Source: Candidatus Omnitrophota bacterium (GTDB taxonomy: Bacteria > Ratteibacteria > UBA8468 > MWAK01). Taken from it: DNA of 45,721 nucleotides. The stretch lies in assembly GCA_043797665.1 (NCBI GenBank), contig JAZDPL010000077.1, forward strand, positions 1 to 45,721, written 5' to 3'. A program made the position numbers and the translations under genes. How positions within the stretch are numbered: position 1 is the first letter of the stretch; each line of letters starts with the position of its first letter. Shown here piece after piece: positions 30,878 to 38,795 of the stretch. The notes under the pieces are model-generated. The model saw nothing but the letters and a program-made list of their open reading frames with translations, was not told where the DNA came from and made no database searches.

Positions 30878-31674
30878 TTAGCCTGGCAAAAGAATACCTG
30901 GTAGGAGACGGAAATCTCTCCAAATCGTGCTAAATAAACCTTTTCGGTCTTTTCCACCAATCCCCGGGTCCAGAGAAAGTTAGGGGCTCCCTTATCGGCT
31001 CCCTGGGTGCCCGTATACTTTATCGCACGCAACAACGCCAACAAAGACGGGTAGGTTTCCTGGAATGTTTGCTCCCGTACCGTAACTTCACGGAAGATTC
31101 TTCGCAGTATCATTTCCAGCCTTTCCCTTTCTAAGAAATGACCGGCAACGAGCGAAATACCCTTATCCAAAGATTCTCTTAAGGACCAGCCTAATTCAGA
31201 GAAGGTTCCCGGACCAAAGGTGGAAAAGGTAAGGAGACCATCCTTAACAAGTATCTCTTTATACGCCCGGAGAGCCCTTTCCAAATTTTCAAACCACTGG
31301 AAAGCGGCGTTGGAAGTAACGAGGTCAAATCGTCCGGTTATCTTAGGGGACAGCCCCTTAATCTCCTCGGCGTCTCCAGCCAAAAACTCTATCCGTGGTT
31401 CCGGTAACTTCTTTTGGGCTACTTCTATCATCTTTCGCGATATATCCACCGCCTGGATACGCGCCTCCCCGAATTTTCGGCTTAAAAGAACGGTATAATT
31501 ACCCGTCCCGCAGCCTATCTCCAGAATATTTTTGATTCCATCCGTTGGCAACCTCGTAATAAGCCTGTCTCCTGTCAGACGCTGGATAGCGGCGTATTTA
31601 TCATAAAGGTGGCTGTGCCGGGAAAAGTTTCTTTCCATTCTTTTTTTATCCAGGCTGCTTTGTCGAGTAGACAT
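30859..31674 (-). CDS. bioC: Malonyl-ACP O-methyltransferase
   Basis: FSRHS..YD.YA..Q, ILEIGCGTG, SNAAFQW, STFGPGTF.EL; within the bio operon. Confidence 0.88.
   Translation of the reverse strand: MSTRQSSLDKKRMERNFSRHSHLYDKYAAIQRLTGDRLITRLPTDGIKNILEIGCGTGNYTVLLSRKFGEARIQAVDISRKMIEVAQKKLPEPRIEFLAGDAEEIKGLSPKITGRFDLVTSNAAFQWFENLERALRAYKEILVKDGLLTFSTFGPGTFSELGWSLRESLDKGISLVAGHFLERERLEMILRRIFREVTVREQTFQETYPSLLALLRAIKYTGTQGADKGAPNFLWTRGLVEKTEKVYLARFGEISVSYQVFFCQAKGAVAE
30983..30991. mobile_element. Putative 9-bp family A scar in bioC
   Basis: tta-ggggctccc-tta; peptide KGAP. Confidence 0.5.
31346..31357. mobile_element. 12-bp family A scar in bioC
   Basis: tta-ggggacagcccc-tta; gacagcccc is the exact TIR end; peptide KGLSP. 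Confidence 0.65.
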
Positions 31675-31684
31675 TGTAACCTTT

Positions 31685-32830
31685 CTAATCCCGGGGGATT
31701 TCATCCATTAAACCGTCTAAAATCTCTTGATTGTGAAAGAAGGTCAAAGAAAATCTCAGACGTGCCTGCCCCCGGGGCACGGTCGGCGGCCTGATAGGCA
31801 AAACCCAGTACCCTCTTTTCTGCAGTGTCCCGGCAGCCCTTACCGTTTCCGGATTCTTGCCGATAATCAGCGGTACAATCTGTGACTCTCCCTTTACCAT
31901 AAACCCCTTCTTTCTCAGGGTTTCCCGAAAATAGCCCGCCCGGCTCAAAAGTTCTTTCCGACGATAAGGCTCTTCCCTGAGCAGGCTGATACTGGTCAGG
32001 TTGCAGGCTGCCACCGCCGGCGGTAGGGCGGTGGAGTAGATAAAACTCCGGCAGGTATTTATCAGATATTCAGACACCTTCCGTGATGCAGCGAGATAAG
32101 CGCCAAAACTACCCAGGGCTTTACTGAATGTCCCCATAATAAGATCTATCCTGTCCGTTAGCTCTTCTTCTTCCACCACACCGGAACCATTTTTCCCAAA
32201 GATTCCGGTGGCATGGGCTTCATCAACCATAATCCGGCATCCGTATTTATCCTTCAGAACCACTAAATCTTTCAGAAAAGGCCTGTCACCATCCATGCTG
32301 AAAATAGTCTCAGTAACGATTAACGCCTTTTTGAACTTTCCCCTTTCTTTCTTCAGAATCTCTTCCAGGTGGTTGGGGTCGTTGTGTTTAAAACGGAATA
32401 AGCGGGCTCCGGAAAGGAGAATCCCGTCAATGATACTGGCGTGGTTCAGACGGTCGGAAAAGATGGCATCACCTTTAGAGTAGAGGGCACTCAAAATACC
32501 GACGTTGGCCTGGTAACCGGAATTGAAGACCAGCGCACTCTCCTTATTTTTGAACCGGGCGACCTCTTCTTCCAAACGATGGTGTATTTCCAAATCACCA
32601 CTCAAAAGGCGGGATGCGGAAGCGCTCGTTCCGAATCGGTCTAACGCTTCTTTTGCTGAAGCGAGGAGTTTAGGATGGTTTGCTAATCCAAGATAATCGT
32701 TTGAAGAAAAATCGATAAATTCTTTAGTTTTAAAATATACCCTTCCGTTATGGCGCCGGGATATCGGTTTAAGGCACCGCAATAATCCTGCTTCCTCCCG
32801 CGACTTCAAAAAATTTTCTAATTCTGCCAC
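31685..32830 (-). CDS. bioF: 8-amino-7-oxononanoate synthase
   Basis: FSSNDYLGL, SGYQAN, DRLNHASIIDG, DEAHATG, GTFSKALG, IRPPTVP. Confidence 0.95.
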   Translation of the reverse strand: MAELENFLKSREEAGLLRCLKPISRRHNGRVYFKTKEFIDFSSNDYLGLANHPKLLASAKEALDRFGTSASASRLLSGDLEIHHRLEEEVARFKNKESALVFNSGYQANVGILSALYSKGDAIFSDRLNHASIIDGILLSGARLFRFKHNDPNHLEEILKKERGKFKKALIVTETIFSMDGDRPFLKDLVVLKDKYGCRIMVDEAHATGIFGKNGSGVVEEEELTDRIDLIMGTFSKALGSFGAYLAASRKVSEYLINTCRSFIYSTALPPAVAACNLTSISLLREEPYRRKELLSRAGYFRETLRKKGFMVKGESQIVPLIIGKNPETVRAAGTLQKRGYWVLPIRPPTVPRGQARLRFSLTFFHNQEILDGLMDEIPRD

Positions 32831-33738
32831 ACCCTCTTTATCTCTGCTATTAACTGCCTATCTTCACAAACTTCTCTCCCTTTTATGGTCAGATAACCAC
32901 CGATGAGCATTCCGTTGGCGCCAGCCATAAAAGCCATACCCTGAAAATCTCTTAACAGCGATTCTCTGCCGGCCGCGAGTTTTATCACCTTATCCGGCAG
33001 CAGAATCCGGAAAATGGCTATGGTCCTTATGGCATCGGCACAGGAGATAACATTTACGTTTTCCAGAAGTGTCCCTTCTATCGGGACCAGAATGTTTATG
33101 GGTATTGAATCGACATCAAGTTCCTTAAGGAGTTGAGCCATCGCTATCCGGTCTTCCCAGCCTTCACCCATACCGATTATACCACCACTGCAGACCTGCA
33201 AGCCAGTCTTCCGGGCTGACTTAATCGTATCAATCCGGTCCTGAAAGGCGTGGGTGGTCACAATCCTCGGAAAATATCCGGGTGACGTTTCAACGTTGTG
33301 ATGGTAACGGGAGAGACCAGCCTCCTTTAATAATCTTAAATCTTTCTCATCTACCTTACCCAGGGAAGCGCATATATCTATTTTTACCCTGTCCCTTATC
33401 TCAGAAACAGTATCCGCAATTTTCTGCAGTTCGTCACGGGACAGGGTATTCCCGCTGGTCACGATGCCAAACCTTTCCGCGCCGATATCCTGCGCGCGAC
33501 GGGCAGCTTCCAGGATTTCTTCCGTTTCTTTAAGCGGGTAAACCGGTATGTTGACAGAATGGTGCAAAGACTGGGCACAAAATTTACAGTCCTCACCGCA
33601 CATGCCTGACTTCGCATTCACAATGCTGCACAGGTCTAACTTAGTCCCCACCCCTTTCTGCCTGACCCGGTCAGCCAGCGAAACTAATTCAGACAGAGGC
33701 ATTTTCAAAAGCGCCTCAGACTTTGGTTCTATTTCCAT
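32818..33738 (-). CDS. bioB: Biotin synthase
   Basis: CGEDCKFCAQS radical SAM motif, YHHNVET, CSGGIIGMGE, GYLT. Confidence 0.95.
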   Translation of the reverse strand: MEIEPKSEALLKMPLSELVSLADRVRQKGVGTKLDLCSIVNAKSGMCGEDCKFCAQSLHHSVNIPVYPLKETEEILEAARRAQDIGAERFGIVTSGNTLSRDELQKIADTVSEIRDRVKIDICASLGKVDEKDLRLLKEAGLSRYHHNVETSPGYFPRIVTTHAFQDRIDTIKSARKTGLQVCSGGIIGMGEGWEDRIAMAQLLKELDVDSIPINILVPIEGTLLENVNVISCADAIRTIAIFRILLPDKVIKLAAGRESLLRDFQGMAFMAGANGMLIGGYLTIKGREVCEDRQLIAEIKRVWQN

Positions 33739-33751
33739 ATTAAGTGAATTT

Positions 33752-33954
33752 GTATCTTATTAGCGTTGGGAAGTCTTTCTTCGCTCAGACATGAGCTTCG
33801 GCAGAAACAGTTGTACAGGTTTGCTCAACAGGGTCCCTCCGAATAAATTCGGATACCCTATTTCGCAAATCTAACAACTGTCTTTCTGCCTCCCGCTAAC
33901 TCGCTCTGGAAAAACTTCCCAACGCCTTGCGACTATTTAACGCTAACATGTTAC
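33752..33954. repeat. Family G element, copy 2 (upstream of bioB)
   Basis: Same termini as 29805-30005; core aligns to the reverse complement of the copy 1 core. Confidence 0.8.
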
Positions 33955-33989
33955 GTAAATTTACATAAGAATTGTGTACGTCAAATTAT

Positions 33990-34967
33990 TTACTTGGTTT
34001 GTGTTAGTTTCTTTAGTTCTGATTTCAGTTTTTTGTCCGGAAGATTGATATAACCGGTCTCCGGAACGTACTTCTGTCCGTCGGTCAGAACCCAATTAAT
34101 AAACCGTACCAACTCCGGTTTCCTGGGTTTGCCTAAACACAGGAAATAGAGGTCCCGGGCCGGTGGCGACGGATACTTTCCGTTGGCAATAGCAGCGGTG
34201 AGGCTGTCCCGGTCCCGATAGAAGTCTTCGTTCGGGTCCACCCGGCCGTTACCGTTAAGGTCAATGGGCAGTATCTTTAACCCGCGAACCGGCTTTTTGC
34301 TCTTGATATCATAAGCGTAGCCGATGTTGTTAAAACCAATCCCCAGATTATCCTTCCGCACCGCTTCGGCAATCCCGGGGTCGCCGTAGACTCCGACGCC
34401 CTGAAGGTCTTCCTGTTTCTTGCCTAAATACTTTGCCCAGGTCTCCGCGGCACCGCAGGCGTCGGAACGGGTATAAAGATGAACCGGATAACTGGTTTTT
34501 TTGTCACCGGTAATTTCGTTCCAATCTTTTACCTTTTCGGCAATCCAGATGTCAATAAGGGTCTCCTTCTTTACGCCTTTCACAAGCAGGGTCCGGATGG
34601 CCGGATGTTTCTCATTGACGGTGGGTACAACCGCATCTTTGGTCACCGCAACCCACCAGCCGCCTTTTTTCGCCTCATCCGGATAGATTTCCCGGGAGAC
34701 CATCCCGATATCAACCATACCCGCCAAAACATCCGCGGCTCCTTTACCCGCGCCGCCGGCCACAATCTCAACCTTGACCCTGGGATAAACCTTCCGAAAC
34801 TCCTCTGCCCACTTTACCGCCATCGGATAGAGCGCCCAGGCACCGGATAAGGTTACGGTTCCCTTTAACCCTATGGTAACTGCCTTCTTCGGTTCCTTCG
34901 CCTCAGTAACTGCAGTGGCGGAAAACAAAAATAGCCCTACCAAACAACTTCCCCATAACCGTTTCAT
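33990..34967 (-). CDS. PstS-family periplasmic binding protein
   Basis: Signal peptide; SGAWALYPM, AGGAGKG, DIGMVSR, RSDACGAAETW, YPSPPARDLY. Confidence 0.8.
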   Translation of the reverse strand: MKRLWGSCLVGLFLFSATAVTEAKEPKKAVTIGLKGTVTLSGAWALYPMAVKWAEEFRKVYPRVKVEIVAGGAGKGAADVLAGMVDIGMVSREIYPDEAKKGGWWVAVTKDAVVPTVNEKHPAIRTLLVKGVKKETLIDIWIAEKVKDWNEITGDKKTSYPVHLYTRSDACGAAETWAKYLGKKQEDLQGVGVYGDPGIAEAVRKDNLGIGFNNIGYAYDIKSKKPVRGLKILPIDLNGNGRVDPNEDFYRDRDSLTAAIANGKYPSPPARDLYFLCLGKPRKPELVRFINWVLTDGQKYVPETGYINLPDKKLKSELKKLTQTK

Positions 34968-34982
34968 TCTGCACCCCCCTGA

Positions 34983-36170
34983 TTAAAATTGAGTTGCCAC
35001 ACCTATGGCAAACTGGTTGTCGTCAATTGAGGCTTTACCGGGCCGGTGATTATCGTTCCAGGAATATTCGGTCTTAACCGTAATCAACTTGCTGAATTTA
35101 TAACCTAAAACGAAACTGGTCCGGTCATATTGGTCAGCGCTGCTTACGCTATTTAAAGTACTGGTAACGCCGTCATCCAGTTTGATGGTACTATACCTCA
35201 AGCCGGCGTAAGTCTTTGGGGTAATACTAAAAACCGCCTGGATGAAATAGTATTCCCCCTGGCGGTCAGTAACGTCTGTCGCATCATCCTCAAACTGACC
35301 GTAGACGCCGGCAAATTCTGCCGGACCCAGGGCGAGTTTGGTATTAAATTCCCAGATATTACGCTGCCAGTCGGTCGAGCCGGTTGGTGCCGTGCTCCCT
35401 CCGGCAATCGTCATCTCTGAGTTGTTGTTATCAAGGTCTCCGCTGGTGTAATAACTGGCTGAAAGGTACCAGGGTTTAACCGGTCTGCCGAAGATTTTGG
35501 CAGCGATTGACTTACTGCTGGTATTGTCACTTCCGGTACCCGTATTACCGTTAGCCAAATCTACGTAATAACCGAAGGTATCGGGTATAAAATTACCGTA
35601 AAGTTCTATTCCGTCGTCGTATCCGGTAACGTTGGCCGCGGAATTGCTGATAAACCGGCCCTCAACCGGGTTATTAGACCAGGTCTCCTCGCCAAAATCT
35701 ATCTTGGTCCTCCCGATGCGAACCCGGCTCTTCTCATCTCCGGGTATAATCTGGTTCCCCTGAAGGTAGCAGTAGTCCACGCTGTTAAACGCCGCATTGT
35801 TCAGGTTAAACCGGTTCACCACCTCTATCCTCTCCCAGGGTTTCCAGGTCAACTGAACCTTCGCGTCCGGCATTTCAAAGGAACCGTTTTCGTAAGTGGA
35901 ACCAAACCTTTCGCTGTCATAATAACCGATAAAAACCCTTCCCTTTATCGTAAGTTCCGAACCCGCAGTAGACAGAGTTACCGGCTGTCCTGCCTTTGCT
36001 TCTTTTGTCCCGGTCAATTCCTTTTCTAATTTCTCAATACGCTGCATCATTCCCTGAACCTGAGCCTTCAAAACCTTTATTTCCGCTTCCGGATCTTCAG
36101 CCCGGACATAGCCCGCAAACATTAAAACTAAACTCAAAACAACACCTAAAAACAAACTTTTCCTCCACAT
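34983..36170 (-). CDS. Outer-membrane porin-like beta-barrel with N-terminal coiled coil
   Basis: Signal peptide, coiled coil, alternating beta strands, C-terminal Phe. Confidence 0.7.
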   Translation of the reverse strand: MWRKSLFLGVVLSLVLMFAGYVRAEDPEAEIKVLKAQVQGMMQRIEKLEKELTGTKEAKAGQPVTLSTAGSELTIKGRVFIGYYDSERFGSTYENGSFEMPDAKVQLTWKPWERIEVVNRFNLNNAAFNSVDYCYLQGNQIIPGDEKSRVRIGRTKIDFGEETWSNNPVEGRFISNSAANVTGYDDGIELYGNFIPDTFGYYVDLANGNTGTGSDNTSSKSIAAKIFGRPVKPWYLSASYYTSGDLDNNNSEMTIAGGSTAPTGSTDWQRNIWEFNTKLALGPAEFAGVYGQFEDDATDVTDRQGEYYFIQAVFSITPKTYAGLRYSTIKLDDGVTSTLNSVSSADQYDRTSFVLGYKFSKLITVKTEYSWNDNHRPGKASIDDNQFAIGVATQF

Positions 36171-36189
36171 CGCTCCTCCTATGGGGTTG

Positions 36190-36651
36190 CTATATCACGT
36201 AATTTACAAGATGTTCTTTCCTCTCCAGAAGTTCCAGCGTCCTCTTCGCCACCTCTTTCAGGGAAATGTTGTCCACAATATCAGCGATGGCGTTTCGTAC
36301 ATCCCGCATAATACCGTACAATCCGCAGGACGATTCGTTGGGGCAATCCACGTGCGCGGTGACGCTGACACAGTTCACCGGCGCTAACGGTCCGCCGATT
36401 ACCCGGATTATCTCTCCCAAACTTATCTTTTCCGGTGCTCGTGCCAGCGAATAGCCTCCGCCAACCCCGCGCTTGCTTAACAGAATACCTTTATTCTTAA
36501 GATGAATAAGTATCTGCTCCAAATATTTCGGCGGAATGTTCTCCCGCCTGGCGATATCGCTGATAAGTGTTATCGGCGTGCCCTTCTCATAATTAATCGC
36601 CAACCTTATCAGCGCCCTTACCCCGTATTCCCCCTTTTTAGAAACATTCAT
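36190..36651 (-). CDS. Rrf2 family transcriptional regulator (three Cys, IscR/CymR-like)
   Basis: YGVRAL, IPPKYLEQIL, SKRGVGGGY.L, C-X8-C-X5-C. Confidence 0.9.
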   Translation of the reverse strand: MNVSKKGEYGVRALIRLAINYEKGTPITLISDIARRENIPPKYLEQILIHLKNKGILLSKRGVGGGYSLARAPEKISLGEIIRVIGGPLAPVNCVSVTAHVDCPNESSCGLYGIMRDVRNAIADIVDNISLKEVAKRTLELLERKEHLVNYVI

Positions 36652-36664
36652 CCTAATTCCCTGT

Positions 36665-36713
36665 ATTCTTGATTATCAATGTAGAGTATAGCACAGAAAA
36701 AAATATAAATCAA
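36665..36713 (-). promoter_or_regulatory. Rrf2 operon promoter with overlapping IscR-type operator
   Basis: TTGATT-17-TATACT with TG extension; ATACTCTACATTGATAATCAAGAAT matches the IscR type-1 consensus at about 19/25 positions by eye. Confidence 0.55.
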
Positions 36714-36714
36714 G

Positions 36715-36948
36715 TCAAGTTTGCTTTTTTCTTTCCTTCCACTTCGTTTCGCCGAAACATTCCCGGGCGGCCGGACACCAGTCAATACAGGATGGTGCCT
36801 TCTCCCGATATACCAGGGTGCGACACTTCGGACACCTCCTCCTTATCTCGTCCGAGAATATCTCCACTCCGTAACCGCACTTCGGACACCTGTAGAGCGC
36901 GGCAGTCAGGTTCTGCCGGCTCTTACCCGGGCAATGGACCTCTATCAT
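36715..36948 (-). CDS. Small Cys-rich zinc-ribbon protein
   Basis: CPG, CPKCG..VEIFSDE, CPKC, PSCIDWC..AREC. Confidence 0.7.
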   Translation of the reverse strand: MIEVHCPGKSRQNLTAALYRCPKCGYGVEIFSDEIRRRCPKCRTLVYREKAPSCIDWCPAARECFGETKWKERKKQT

Positions 36949-36966
36949 ACGAAAATGCCAATAATC

Positions 36967-37041
36967 TGTCATCCTGACCCTCGAGCGAAGCGAAGGGGAA
37001 GGATCTAAAAGATTAGATTCTTCGTTTCACTCAGAATGACA
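36967..37041. repeat. Family E inverted repeat
   Basis: tgtcatcctga...gaaggatct / agattcttc...tcagaatgaca. Confidence 0.75.
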
Positions 37042-37063
37042 CAGCGAATCAAGTTTGGAAAAT

Positions 37064-38734
37064 TTAAGATTTGTTTAGGATTTCGGCTAAATCTTTCTCC
37101 GGAATACTGATGGGTTTGATACCAAAATTTTCTGCCAGCACCTTTAAGACATTGGGCGAAACGAAGGCCGGCAGCGAAGGACCTAACCGGATGTTCTTGA
37201 TGCCCAGCGAAAGCAGGGTTATCAAAATAACCACCGCTTTCTGCTCATACCAGGAAAGGATTAAGGAAAGTGGTAATTCATTGACTTCACATCCAAAAGC
37301 CTTCGCCAAACCTACCGCAATGGTAATCGCCGAATAGGCGTCATTGCACTGGCCGCAATCCAGAAGCCTGGGGATATCCCCAATCATCCCGAAGTCAAGC
37401 CGGTTGAACCGGAACTTTCCGCAAGCCAGGGTCAGAATTACGCAGTCAGAAGGAACTTTCTCCGCAAATTGGGTGTAATAGTTCCGGCCCGGCTTGGCAC
37501 CGTCGCACCCGCCGATCAGGAAAAAATGCCTGACCGCACCGGACTTCACCGCGGAAACAACCTTGTCCGCAAGTCCCAGGACAGTATTATGTCCAAACCC
37601 CACTAATATCCGTTTTTCCTCTTTATCCTCAGGAAATCCGCTTAATGACAACGCCTTTTCAATCACCCGGCTGAAATCTTTCTTCTCATTCCGACTGGCT
37701 ACGTGTTCTATCCCGGGCCAACCTACCAGACCGGTGGTAAACATCCGGTCCTGATAGGATTTTTGCGGTCGCTGAAGGCAATTGGTCGTCATCAGAATCG
37801 CGCCGGGCAGTTCATTGAATTCCTTCTGTTGATTCTGCCAGGCAGTCCCGTAGTGACCAACGAGGTTGACATATTTTTTCAGTCCGGGATAACTGTGAGC
37901 CGGAAGCATTTCTCCGTGGGTATAGACATTAACTCCTTTCCCCTGCGCCTGTTCTAACAGATGTTCCAAATCCAGCAAGTCGTGTCCGGAGACGATTATG
38001 GCCGGACCTTTCTTTACGCCCAATAAAACCTCAGTCGGAACCGGGTGTCCAAACCGGGTGGTGTGCGCCTTGTCCAGCAGATCCATACACTTGAGGTTCA
38101 CCTTACCTAATTCCATATTCAAAGAAATGAGTCCTTCCGCGGAAAGGGTATCATCCGCGAGACCGGCTAATCCTTTATAAAAAAAGGCGTTAACCTCCTC
38201 ATCTTCATACCCCAGGATTGAAGCGTGGTCAGCGTAGGCAGCCATTCCCTTCATTCCGTAAAGGAGTAATTCGCGCAGGCTCCTGACATCTTCGTCAATC
38301 CGGGTACCGGAGAGAATACCGACTGCTTCTGCCTGTTTCAGGAGTTCCTCTCCACTCCCAGCCGGGACCCAATCTGCCGGTTCCGGAAGTTTTCCTGTAA
38401 AATCTTTGCCTTCTTTTTGTCGGTATGCCTCCAGAAACCTTTTCTTTATCTCCTCTTTAATCTGGTACGTCTTCCAGACAACCTTTTCCAGTTTAGCCGG
38501 GTCAAAGTTGACGTTGGTAATGGTAATAAAGAGACATTCCTTGATAAAACGGTCAGCCTCCGAATCAATAACGCCTAACTCCCTGGCTAACCGGCCATAG
38601 ACCGCAATCCCTTTTAGGCCATGGACGATTAAATCCTGAAGTTTGGCTGCTTCCGGGTTCTTTCCGCAGACTCCGGATATCGTACAACCCTTCCCTTCCG
38701 CGGTCTGTTCACACTGCCTGCAATACATATTCAT
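37064..38734 (-). CDS. hcp: Hybrid cluster protein (hydroxylamine reductase)
   Basis: CRQCEQT...GC...GVCGK, SGHDL, YTHGEMLPAH, GGCDG, LACGKFR, GQCNDAY, LSWYEQKA. Confidence 0.96.
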   Translation of the reverse strand: MNMYCRQCEQTAEGKGCTISGVCGKNPEAAKLQDLIVHGLKGIAVYGRLARELGVIDSEADRFIKECLFITITNVNFDPAKLEKVVWKTYQIKEEIKKRFLEAYRQKEGKDFTGKLPEPADWVPAGSGEELLKQAEAVGILSGTRIDEDVRSLRELLLYGMKGMAAYADHASILGYEDEEVNAFFYKGLAGLADDTLSAEGLISLNMELGKVNLKCMDLLDKAHTTRFGHPVPTEVLLGVKKGPAIIVSGHDLLDLEHLLEQAQGKGVNVYTHGEMLPAHSYPGLKKYVNLVGHYGTAWQNQQKEFNELPGAILMTTNCLQRPQKSYQDRMFTTGLVGWPGIEHVASRNEKKDFSRVIEKALSLSGFPEDKEEKRILVGFGHNTVLGLADKVVSAVKSGAVRHFFLIGGCDGAKPGRNYYTQFAEKVPSDCVILTLACGKFRFNRLDFGMIGDIPRLLDCGQCNDAYSAITIAVGLAKAFGCEVNELPLSLILSWYEQKAVVILITLLSLGIKNIRLGPSLPAFVSPNVLKVLAENFGIKPISIPEKDLAEILNKS

Positions 38735-38795
38735 AACCCGCCTCCAGTTTTTAAATCTTTTAACAGCGTCCTGATGGTATAATTTCCTGGCGATG

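Noticed and set aside
33739..33989. BirA operator or a known riboswitch upstream of bioB
   Set aside because: No TGTAAAC-N14/16-GTTTACA palindrome; the inverted core orientation between copies argues against a simple strand-specific aptamer.
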